Of a stretch of 64,000 nucleotides of DNA, positions 38,401 to 51,200 are shown piece after piece. The notes under the pieces were generated by a model. That model saw nothing but the letters and a program-made list of their open reading frames with translations, had not been told where the DNA came from and searched no databases. Origin of the DNA: Octopus vulgaris. Its lineage: Eukaryota. The stretch's first letter is position 1; every line of letters starts with the position of its first letter. A program made the position numbers and the translations under genes. The stretch covers positions 23,498,001 to 23,562,000 of the forward strand of contig OX597818.1 of NCBI GenBank assembly GCA_951406725.2. The letters run 5' to 3'.

Positions 38401-40733
38401 TCAGTATTTTATAAGGTAAAATCTTAAATTATTAATTGACACATTATTATCTTATAACAGCAATGCCTGAAAAAATCATGGATTACATGGAAAAATGCAA
38501 GCATGAGAAGTCATATTCTTAAGATTATAAACCTGGAAAAGTACAAGTTATTACACCTGTAAAAGTATAGGACAAGCTGTTACTTCTAGTAAAGTAAAGA
38601 ATAAGAAACTTTTTACTTAAAATATTGCAGCTAAAATTAAAATTTGAATATTAAAAATTATTTTATTATAGTTTACAAATAACACTATACTTATTTAAGT
38701 AGAATTTGGCTAATTTACTACCTTAAATACAGAAAAAAGTGACTAATTAGATAAACTTACAAATTAACTGAACAGTTTTGTATAATAAATTTAAAAGATG
38801 AGAACTGTAAAGAATGATAAATTAGAAGAACTAGCAATATTTGCTGCAATATCTTAAGTAAAAAGTTTCTTATTCTTTACTTTACCAGAAGTAATAGCTT
38901 GTCCAATACTTTTACAGGTGTAATAACTTGTCCTGTACTTTTCCAGGTTTATAATCTTAAGAATATGACTTTTCATGCTTGCATTTTTCCATGTAATAAC
39001 AGCTAGATTACCTCCAATTACAGTATATCAGGAAAGAATACTATAGATAATGTTGTTCTCCATATCTTTAAAATAAAGCGATAGTTGCAGCTGAAATATT
39101 TATAACCAAATGCCTGCTCAATCAAGGTTTCATATAAAGAGCCAAGGTGAATTCTGCTATCATGTTGGCTTGACTGGAATCTGACTATTCACTTCTTTCC
39201 TTTCTATTTTTATAGGGTTGAAAAAAAAAAATCATTTTTATTTCTACTATTGAAATGCTTGTCCTAGCACTCAGTCCTTGAATGCATTGCCCCTGCATGT
39301 AAGTCTTAGGAAACAGATTTGGCAACTGTATTCAATTATTTGAATGATATAAGTTGAGGAGATTCAACGAGAAAAGTAGCATTCATATAACATGTCAATT
39401 GAAAAAATGTTGCCTGACAACTAGAAAAGCCTTTCTGTTTAAATAGTAGTCATTGGTAGATGTTATGTAGTATTGTAGGAATTTATGTCAGGATTAGAAT
39501 AACATGGCATTGTATGAATTAGGAATTGTTGACAGGTTCAAGTTCATAATGCAGTTGAGTGTAGTGCAGTATAGTTATTAAGACAAAGATGAGCTCTAAC
39601 TAAGCCAATGGTATTGCTACTGTCATCATCCTGTCTTTTATTCAGACATAATGTATCTATACTAAATATACTTTCAGCTTTAAGACAGAATGATATAATT
39701 TGAGAGAGATTTGACTGCTATTTCTGACATGTCAAACAATTATAGAGAAGTTCTTTCATTGGCTCATATATGTTGTAGTTATAATATGTAGTCAAGTTTT
39801 GTTTGATAAAAGTGATTTTGTCAACAGTAGAATTTGAGTGTCACATAATATGTAAGAGTCAGTGACAAGGTGCAGTACAAGTATTGTGTCTGTTATAGAC
39901 TGAATATATTATTATAGAAAAATATTGGTTTCAAATTTTAGCACAAGGCCAGCAATTTCAAGGGAGAGGGTAAATTGATTATATTGACCCTAGTGTTCAA
40001 CTGGTACTTATCGACCCTAAAAGATGAAAGGCAAGGTCAACCTCAGTGGAATTTGAACTCAGAAAGTAAAGACGGACAAAATCTTACTAAGTATTTTGCC
40101 CATCCTGCTATTGATTCTGCCAGCTCTTTGCTTTATAGTTTAAAAAATATTAATGTCATTATTACATTGATGAAAAATAAAATGTTAAAAGAGTTAATAG
40201 TAAAGTTTTATTTTAAAATAAAAGAATACTAAGAACAAAATCACTTGTATCACCTTCAAATCATCACAGAGAGAAAATTGCAAGTTTTTTTTTTCTTTTT
40301 AAACAAATGTTAACACCATTATCCTTCTTCAATCAGTACAAAAACAGTTCAAATAGTACCATATTGTGGTAATTGAATAGATCATGCCAATAACCTACTA
40401 GAAATAATAGTCAAATCTCTTTTATATACTCCACCTTCTGAAAAAAAAACATGGTAAATTGTAGTCCTACATATGGTAAACAGTGAATCTGAAAGAAAAA
40501 TAATGTGGTTGTTATGGTTGGAAAGCCTTTGGTTAAATAAGCCCACTCGATCAGGATTAAACAATAACAACAGTATATAAGAAGAGCACCCAGCCATAGA
40601 AACCTGTGCCAAAGAAGACAGTAGAGCTTGGTGCAGTCCTCTAGCTTGCCAGCTCCTGTCAAACCATCCAGCCCATACCAGCATTGAAAATGGATGTTAG
40701 TAGTAGTAGTAGATGATGATGGATATATGTATG

Positions 40734-40795
<62 letters not shown>

Positions 40796-41689
40796 CGCGT
40801 GCTTACATAGGTCAGACAGGAGTCATTGAGGTAGATTTTCTATAGCTGGATGCTGTTTTTGTTACCATCTCTGATCTGTTTCCAGACAAGGTAGTATTTC
40901 CCCTTAGTTTAACCTGGATATGTCCTTGCAAAAGATTTGCACCACCTGCATGATGCTAATGTTTGTTTGCAATTAGCATGCAATATCAAGAGAAAGAGAC
41001 AAATGCATGGATGCTCAGACACACAGACACACATGCACATGATGGGTTTCTTTCAGGTCCTGCCTAAATCCACAAAGCTTTCTGTTTGCATGGGGTTATA
41101 GTAAAAAGCACTTACATGAGGTGCCATACGGAGGAATTGAACCCAGAACCCTGTGGTTGCAATACAAACTTCTTAGCCACATCACTATGCCTGTACCTAT
41201 ACATGCATGTATGATTGTATGGTTCAAAACTTTGCTTCCTAGCTATATGGTTCTCTGACTATTTGGTTTTGAGTTCAGTCCCACTATGTAGCACCGGACA
41301 AGTGTTTTACTACAGCCGAAACTAATGAATGCTTTGCAAGTAGATATGGTCATTGGAAACTGAAAGAAGCCTGTCATATGTAAGCACACACATGCATCTG
41401 TGTGTGTGTGTGTCTCCTTGTTTTGACATCACACGATAGTTGTAAAACAAGTGTTATCATCACAGAAGTGATGTCCTTCATTTCCAATCTTCCAAGAAAA
41501 CATTACTATGTGGAAATAAGACCTTACTTGGAAAGAGGTAAGAGTTGACAACTGGAAGGGTATCCATTCATTGCGTCAGCAAATTCCATGTGATTCATGC
41601 AAACATGGAAAAGTTAATATTAAAATGATGATATATGCACACACACACACACACACACACACCATGCATACATGCACACATACAGGTAA

Positions 41690-41722
<33 letters not shown>

Positions 41723-44700
41723 TAATTTGATTCCTGTAGGCATCGAATTTAAGTGTTTACATTGAGTAAGGAAGTATATCAAGACATTATTTAAGTAGCA
41801 TTTATGTATTGAATGAATTACGACAGTTGCCTCAAGTGCTTATGTTTACTGATAGGAAATAAAATTGTACTAGAAAACCTCTTGACAGATCTCTCTAGAT
41901 AACAGGCTGTGGAGGTTGAAGATATATGGTTTTATGTCCTACACTCCTTCATTGCCCTTCTTTTTCCCTCTCTCTTTGCGTATTCCATTTTTGTCTCGTC
42001 TCTTATTTTTTAATATTTTTTTTTGTTTTGTTGTTTCATATATCATCTTATCACCATTGTTCTCTCTTTATATATCATGGTTAATCTTTCTACTTCTACT
42101 AGTCTCCTTCTCTCACAATCTTTTATAACACATGCAATCTCACTCTTTATTTCCCTCTCTCTTACATAATTTCCTTCATGAGCTACAACCCAACCCTCAG
42201 GCTCATTGATAATGTCAGAATATTGCAATATGAATTTATAGTTTGAGTCACCTTACTGTTACACAGACATTTTCATTGTATAGGAAAGAGTGTAGGAAAT
42301 TTGTAAGAAATCAATATTATACAAAAGACCAATAAATTAGGTTTCTATTATCCAGCTGTTGGTTTTATCCTACTGGTTGGTTTCTTTGGATAATAATGAT
42401 GGTTATTTAAGTCTTTTACATAATTATTTACATGTATTCTCTCATTTGAGCACAAATCCAAACATGTAGTAGAGGTCAGGGGAATTTTAATCCCACCACC
42501 TAACTTTAATGCTTTGATATATACACATTTAAAATCTTCTGTTCAATATACACACACACACATATATATATATTCAGTAAATCGTAAATCCGAAAGAGAA
42601 GCATACTCTAAGTTATAGAGCAGTAGAGTATATAGATAAAGATAGATATGGCTGCTCTATGGCCAAGACCGGCCATATCTATCTTTATAGTTATATATAT
42701 ATAGGTGCAGGAGTGGCTGTGTGGTAAGTAGCTTGCTTACCAACCACATGGTTCTGGGTTCAGTCCCACTGTGTGGCACCTTGGGCAAGTGTCTTCTACT
42801 ATGGCCACAGGCCAACCAAAACCTTGTGAGTGGATTTGGTAGACAGAAACTGAAAGAAACCTGTCATATATATGTATATATATATATATATGTGTGTGTG
42901 CGTGTTTGTACCCCCAATATCGCTTGACAACCGATGCTGGTGTGTTTATGTCCCCATAACTTAGTGGTTCGGCAAAGGAGACCGATAGAATAAGTACTAG
43001 AATGCAGAAACTAGGGATAGATGAGGGGTTAGTGAGAGCTGTACAAGCCATGTACAGGGATGCTGTCAGTAAGGTGAGGATTAGCAACGAGTACAGTGAA
43101 GAATTCCAGGTAGGGGTCCACCAAGGTTCAGTCCTCAGCCCCCTCTTATTCATCATAGTCCTGCAGGCAATAACAGAGGAATTCAAAACAGGATACACCT
43201 GGGATCTTCTATATGCTGATGACCTTGCTCTAATAGCTGAGTTACTATCAGAAGTAGAGAAGTTTCAGGTGTGGAAGCAAGGTCTAGAATTGAAGGGCAT
43301 TATAGTCAATCTAGCAAAAACCAAAATCTTAATAAGTAGGGAAGCAGACAAATCACAAATCCCTTCAGGTAGATGGCTCTGCTCAATCTGTAGAAAAGAC
43401 ATAGGTAGAAACTCCATAAGATGTACCCAGTGTAAACTAACAACACATAAGAGGTGCAACAATATTAAAGGAAGGCTAACTAGGAAGATAGTTTTTGTCT
43501 GTGGCAAATACTCAGGGGCAATTAACACTGAAAATGTGCAGCAAACAGCTTCTGTCACATTCCAGAGGAAAAAACTAGAAATAGTTGATAGCTTCCGTTA
43601 CCTAGGTGACCAAGTCAGCAGCGGGGAGGGGGTGCATAAAATACAAAATATTTTTTTGTAGATTAGGTAGTATCATACAAATAGTGTCATTCATTTCCAA
43701 TATTCCATGGAAACATATCTGGCTAGGGGAAATATTATCTTACTTTTTAGCTGGTGAGGGTTAACAACAGGAAGAGCATTTACCTTAATAAACTCTGTCT
43801 AACCCATGAAAGAGTGGATGTTATAACAATGATGTGTGTGTGTGTGTGTTTTTCACATGTTTTCCCTGCTGGCTCTTCCCCTGTTTATGATCTTAATCCT
43901 GTTTTAACCATATCCTATAGGTCCACTATATCAATTTTACTATAACTTGCTCAGTTTTGTTACAAATGAATTTGGCGTCCACTTCAATTTTAACTGTAGA
44001 CTTCCTGAACTTTTGTATGTTAATCTGGTCTTTGCATAGAGTCAGGGCTGTAATCCACAAGGCATAGCTGAAATACTACTGATTGAAAATTATCCTGTGG
44101 CATTTACGGATATTTTCATATAGTAAACTTCAAAGAAAAATTTTCATGGGTCTTTTAAAATTGGAAGTAAGTTCAAGAACAAAATGAGTTCAAAAAAGAA
44201 AAGGAAACTAAGTATGTGCCACTTCCATGACTGTTTACAAGGAGATTATATTTAAATTTCAATCAAAGTTTAATGAGAAAAATCAGTATAAGTAGGTCAG
44301 TCAAGTGATTTATAAGAGGTGTTTTATTATTCCTGTCAAACTGATAATATAACTCATATTTAAAGTGTTTAGACAAATGCTATTAGCAACATAAGTAGCT
44401 GGGTGTGGGTAGAAAATTTGTGTATATAAATTTCTATCTAAATTAAATTTTGAAATGAGTCTCACAAAGAAGTTTAACTTTTTAGTATTTAAACTGGTCA
44501 CATGTGGCCCAAATATTGTATCTGTGTTTAAAGTGGCCAGATCTGACCTCCCACGTCTATGTCCTTCTAAAAATAAGCAATCACATCATCGCTGTTTCAA
44601 AGCTACAAGATAATGCATTATTAATGAATGCAAATAAGCATTACATTTTACAATCTGAATGTTAACTAATCTCTTAATCCTTTTGATATCAATACACCTG

Positions 44701-45241
44701 ACTCTACTTCTTGATCTATGATGCAAAGTCTCCCATTAAAAATGTTCATATCTAAATTAAAACTTTCTCTCTTTATTTTCTTGAAGAACACCTCTCAGTT
44801 GCATTCTGAATATTACTTAATAAAGTTAATTTGCAAATTACCTACAAATTTGTCATTATTTTCAAAATGAACTGAAATACCTAGGCATTGTATTTCATTA
44901 GAAATATTCTCATGAAAGTATTAAGATATTCTACTGAATTTCAAGTAGTATCATCTGCATCACCATCATCGATTTAAAATTTACTTTTCCCTGCTAGCAT
45001 GGGTCAGACAAAACTTATTGAGGCGGGTTTCTCTATGACTGGATACCCTTTCTGTTGCCAACTCTCACCTATTTCCAAGCAAAATAATACTTCCCTAGTC
45101 CTCTGAACAATAAACAGCTCAGTGTCTGAACATATTATCACAGAAGATATATATATACTGTTTGCATGAATATGATGACTGTTTACAATTAGTATGTGCA
45201 TGTGAAATATACACATATATGTATATATATATGTGCATGTA

Positions 45242-45287
<46 letters not shown>

Positions 45288-48200
45288 TATATACATACAT
45301 ATATATATGAGGATATTATTGTTTTAAATAGTGGTTTAGCATGTATAAAAAGTTTATAACAGTACAAAATTTCAATTAATAATTAAGGGTACTAGTAAAC
45401 AGTACCACCATGCTGACATAAAAGTCAAACTGACCAAACCAAATGTTATCACTAAACACAAAGGTGAAATTGGGCAAACAAATAAAGACCCTAAGAACCA
45501 CATCCCAATAATAAAATAAAAAAATCGAAAGCCAGACATACCTAGATCACCTGTTATCCGAGTATGTCTGGCTTTCAATTTTTGATTTTTTTTTTCATTA
45601 TTGGGATGGGATTCTTGAATTGTAAAAGTTTGGTAAAGATGGACTTTAAACCTGGGATGCTGATGAATAGAGAATATATCTTAGAAGAGGATAACCAGTA
45701 CTAATAAATTCTCAGTCTTTATATGTTATTCAGGGCATCTGAAATTAGTCAGATGGTTTACATTTTAATTTCCAATAATATCTCTCTTCATTACTACTTA
45801 TAGTCATTGTAAGACTATATAAGTTGTTGCATTTAGCAAGTTGTAATAGTTTCTAAAGTTTTATGTATGTTAATCATTGACTATTTGCTGTTTGATTTGG
45901 ACTCATGAAATTTCTATATCTTTGTTAATTTCAGCGTTATTTTGGATCATCTCATCCTTTTCATCTCCAATTATGGGTTTCTCGCAATGGTGGTGAATTC
46001 AAACTGGCCCAGTTCTGGCCTCAAATGAACAATATGGTAAATGTTACTTATTTTATTCATTATCTCATAGACAACTTTAGAGAGAATTCTAGAGAAATGA
46101 ACTGAAAGAAAATAAATTTAACCAAACATCAATCTTTCAACATTTTAGGTTATAGTTAAAAAGTAATGTTTATTTTATGATATTCCTTCATACTTCATAA
46201 AATTAATCAAGTGCATGCATGTATGAGTATTTGTTTACTAGACATCCCCTGCAGCATTTAATGGAAGTAAGAGAGATAGCAAGAGACAGGGCAGCTCTGC
46301 TTTTCTTATTTGTTTTCCTTCTGTTTTTTCTCTTTTTTTTTATGTGTATTTTGAATGATGTTACTAATACTGTTCATTTATTTTTATAATTGGCATCAGT
46401 GAAATACATGTACTGAAATATTCACATAAAAATTTGACATTTGTCTTTCAGGACTACTACATAGCTGATGCATCTGAAGACCAAGTTTTTGTGTGTGTTA
46501 ACCATCATAATTATCTGAGCAATCTATTTGTTTCTGATGTCAACGGGATCAAGTTCTCTTTATCCCTTGAAAGAATTATATACTTCAAGCCTAAAGGTCC
46601 AAATAAAGACACATGGCTAAGGTAATTTCCTGTTCTTCTTCTGCCTTTTCCTCTTCTTATTTCATCATCTGTGTTATCTTATGAAATTCAGCTATAAAAG
46701 TACTAAGGACAGATTCTTTGGTTTACCAGATTATATATTCTGTAATAACTAGTGCATGCCTGTAATGCCATCATTATGTTTGAGTTGATGAATACTGCCA
46801 TAATCCTTGTCTTCAGTTCATCTTGGTGTTACAAAGAGGTTTTTGGTCTCTTGCTCAACTGTGCCCCGCACATAATAATCAAGGGGGTTGCAGTCTGGGG
46901 AGTTAGGTGACCAGATGTTAGGAGTGATGTGGTTGCAGAAATTGTCTGACAGCCATGACTCGGTTCTCCTGCTTGTGTGGCATGGTGCAGAGTCCCATTG
47001 CCAGACATAGTGTCTTCCAGCAGCCACCCTCTTGACCTAGAGTAACACTACCTCCTCCAGGCACTTGATGTAGACCTCTGTGTTGAGTCTGAGGCTGTAT
47101 GGGAAGATGAATGGGGGTATAATGTCGCCATCACTAGTGATCACTCCAAACACCATGATGTTGACTGGATGTTTGATTTTTATCACTCTCAGTACATGCA
47201 CTGTCCTCTGATTGGCACCCAAACATTCTGAAATGTTTGTATTGGAGCTTCTGGCATGAATGCCAAGCAGTACAGCATGTTGTTTTCAAATTTCTGGCAG
47301 AGTGAATTGCATCATGGAGCTGTTTTTCTCTCACAGACAGTTCCCAACTGACCCTATCATACTGTGTAGTCAACAAAATCAAAAACAAAGAATGCACATG
47401 CACAAAATTAAAAATATAAAAAGGTGACAATTTACCCATTGTACCCTGTATATGTATATATATGTGCACATTTTTTAAAACTATTCATTTCTATTTTCTA
47501 GTGTTTATGCAGATAAATCATTTGCTGATATTCACAAAGTGAAAGGTGTACGTGGTGTTTATATTGCTTCACAATTCATGAACAACTCCTTTAATGTTGA
47601 TAACCAAATTAGCTTGATAACATTTAATAAAGGGGGCACTTGGCGTCCTCTGTTGGCTCCTGAAAAAACCAGAGATGGAACAGTTTTAAACTGCTCTGTT
47701 GTAAGTAAGAATTTCCATTTTTTAATGTTTAGCTAATTATCCACAATATTTTTATTGTTAAAACTGAAAATAATGTTTGGTCAGATTTGGCTTCTGAGAG
47801 GAAAGTATGTTGCCAAGAATGACAATAACCTATGAAAAAGACTCAGAATAGTACTGTTGTTGGTGATGGTTATTAATATATCAATGTGAATTGAAGAACG
47901 ATTTTCAGTGGTAGCTCTTGTCTGTTATTTGTAGTTGCCTTTTTTATCTTGTAAAATGTAAAATTTCTTTACTTAGAGGAGATATCACATTGTCATGCAA
48001 TTAATAATGTTTGAGATTCGTTTCTTGCAATTCAGTGTGGACTACATTCTTTACTCTCTTTGCCCACTAGAATTGCTTTTCTAAGAAGAATTTAACAAGG
48101 CAGACAAGAACATATAAGGCTAATTAATGACTGAAAGTTTATTAGTTAGATCTGTCATGGCCAAACTCTCAGTACAAGGGACTTTTTTAATGGTCTGCCT

Positions 48201-51200
48201 AACAAAGTATTACTCTGAATTTTTATTTTAGTAGTAAGCTTGCCTGATGATGAGCCATGTCTCATGCAGCTTGCTTCTTGAGAAATGTTACCCATGCCTG
48301 AGTTAGATTTTATCATTAGCAATATGCAGTACTTGTTTACTTCTGATAACATACATGAAAAATCAGAAAAATCAATGTAATGTTGCTCACATGATTGGGT
48401 AACTAGTATTAAAAAGATTATCATCCTTCTATAAAACCCTTTTTTTTTTTTTTTTTTTTTTGTGGCTTAGTCAAAGGGGGATGGGCAGTGTTCATGATCT
48501 TTGCCGGTCTTTTGAGACTGGTGATGGGAGAAAGGGAATCAGAAATCATGACCAATATGTTTCTGTTTCTGTTAACTGATTTTTAAAAAAAATCTATGTA
48601 AATAGCCCAGCTGAAAATTTGTAACCAAGACTGGGCCTACCAACAAATAGCTAGGCCTTTTGAGGAGTTACAGAACCAGGCCTCTGCAGAAAAGTTATTT
48701 TTACTTCTTCCTTTTAATAAATTGTGACATTATGCAAGGATATTGCAGCTGGAGACATTGCATTAAGGTATAGAATTATTCTCAGGACAGAAGCCTGGTT
48801 TGATTGTTTGCGACAGAATAGACTCTGCCAAAGGCATCCAAAGGATAAGTTGCATTGTTGAACCAGGTTAGATTATCAAAATCTAACTACCAAGAAAATC
48901 AAGAGGCAAAAGTGCTCCAGCATGGCCACAGTTCTAGGATTGAAACATATAAAAGAATGAATAAATAAATAATAAAAATACACAAAATAAAAAATTAAAT
49001 AAACTGAGAAAGAAATTTGTTTGCACATACCTTTGAATATTTATAGATGCAATACCACCATTACTTACAGTCGAGCTTATCTTCCACAGCAGCCAATACA
49101 AGAGGGTTTATGTACAATTTACATATATCTGTAGATTCAGTTTTTGAGCAGTAGCAAAATATAAACATTTCCAAATTTAACCAAACTATCTTAGTTTTAG
49201 TAATAATAGCTAAAATAATGCACATAAAGACTCTTTGAGCCTAAAATGTTCTTGCAAAAAAAAATACATGATGATGATGATAATGCTGGTGATGATTTCA
49301 TTCTCTATTTATGTATTACCAGTTATTAAGAGATAGATTTTCTTTGAATGTCTTCTTTGTATTAGTTGGTAGATGCATCTTTGAAGTTTTCCTTATATTG
49401 TCTGATAGCATTAACATCAGTAATTCAGTGTTTAATAAAAGAATAGCATCATCTCTTGTATCCTCAAAATTTTATAAGGCACTTAACATAAGTGAATCAC
49501 CAAAGAGGGATTTGAAGGGGCTACTCCCTGTACTTGAGTGTAAATTGATAAGATACGTGGTTTCCTAATGAAATCAAATGATAATAGTGCTAAAGAATTA
49601 TCTAGCAATGCTAAACAACAACTACCCTTGTTAAGAGCTTTCAAAGGAACTTCTGAGTTTTATCTCTTATATCTGTTTATCTCATACTCTTATGAGATAA
49701 ACAGAAGTAAATAGAAGTGGTCTGAAAAATGTTTGACTTTGGAAATACTTTAGCAAGATAAAATAACACAAAAAATTATTTATAAAAAAAAGTCAAGGAG
49801 TTAGGTTAATTCTAATTCCATATCTTCCTTCAAACACTAGTTATTATCTATTACAAGCCTTCATTTATTTAATAATTTTCATCATGAATCTTAACCACAT
49901 AAAAATCCATGAAGTTATAATCATTGTGTCTTTTTAAAGCATGCATATGTTTTTTTGTTGTAATGTTATAAAAGAGTTAATTTCCCCCCTCTAAATTTCA
50001 ATGGATATTTAAATGAATGAAAAAAAAAATTAAAGAAGTTGTTTTGTAATCTTTGTTTGAATGTCTTTTTTTGTTTTTGTTTTAAATCACTTTGGATGTT
50101 TCCCCCCACCACTTTAGTTCTTACAATTTTGTTTAATAGTTTTTTTTGTCTGTCTAAATATTTTCATTTTTCATTAAAAAATGTCTATGTGTCACTCTCT
50201 TTGTCTCTAGTAGAATGGTTATATTTACTACATATGACGATTATACATAGAGAGCCTCTACTATGGTTGAAAAACTTGTTAGAAGAAGCAACCCCACCCC
50301 CAATCAACTCACACATTACTGTCTTACAAAGTAAGGCCTCATTAGATAATGTAGTTCTTGATAATTCTAAAAATGATGAGGTGGTCATGTCTGGGATACC
50401 TTTGATATTTGGTCTGTTCAATGAGAATTGACCTGGGGTTGAACAACAAAATAACAACAATCGTACCAACTGAAAATTTAACTGTAAAATGAAGAAGCCT
50501 TAAATATAATGGCAGCAAAGCTAAAATGGAAATCATTGATTTAATATAATGTTTTGTCTCAGTGGAACTAATAAGCTTATTGTTTATCTATCCATGGGCA
50601 TGTCTTAGAGTTGAAAAGTTCCCTTTTTTTTTCAGTTATTAAATACATCTCTTCTCACTCCTTTAGAGTAAGGTAAAATGGTTAAGGTTTATCATTATCA
50701 TGTCCACAATTATCATTTCTTCCGTCATTATTACTTCTTTAATTATGGTTAATAACTTGCAGGTGAGTTGTTTATAAGTAAACATTATGTTGTAAAAAAA
50801 AAAAAAAGGAAACTACGTAACTTATTTTCACCTATTTTTATTCATTTCTTTGTGTAGTCATTTTACACTCACTGGTTTAGAAAGAAGGTAATTCTTTCCA
50901 TTTAGATCATCTTTGCATGACAATGATTATATAAAAAAAACAACAGCATGACTTTCCATCCCTGCATATGAAGCTATTTCAGTGCTCTATAGATATATTC
51001 AGATACAGTTGTAAATCTTGTAAGGTTGTTCTATCTAACCCCTTAACTATACCAGTCAACATTTCAATTTGCTGCTAAAATCTCAGTTGATAGCTTACTT
51101 GCAAAACATTAGTTTTGAATGCTCTATCTTCATACTGCATGAAGATAGAATTTTGCGTATGTAAAATTCTGCATGTGTTTTGTTCAATTCTTTTGTTTTT

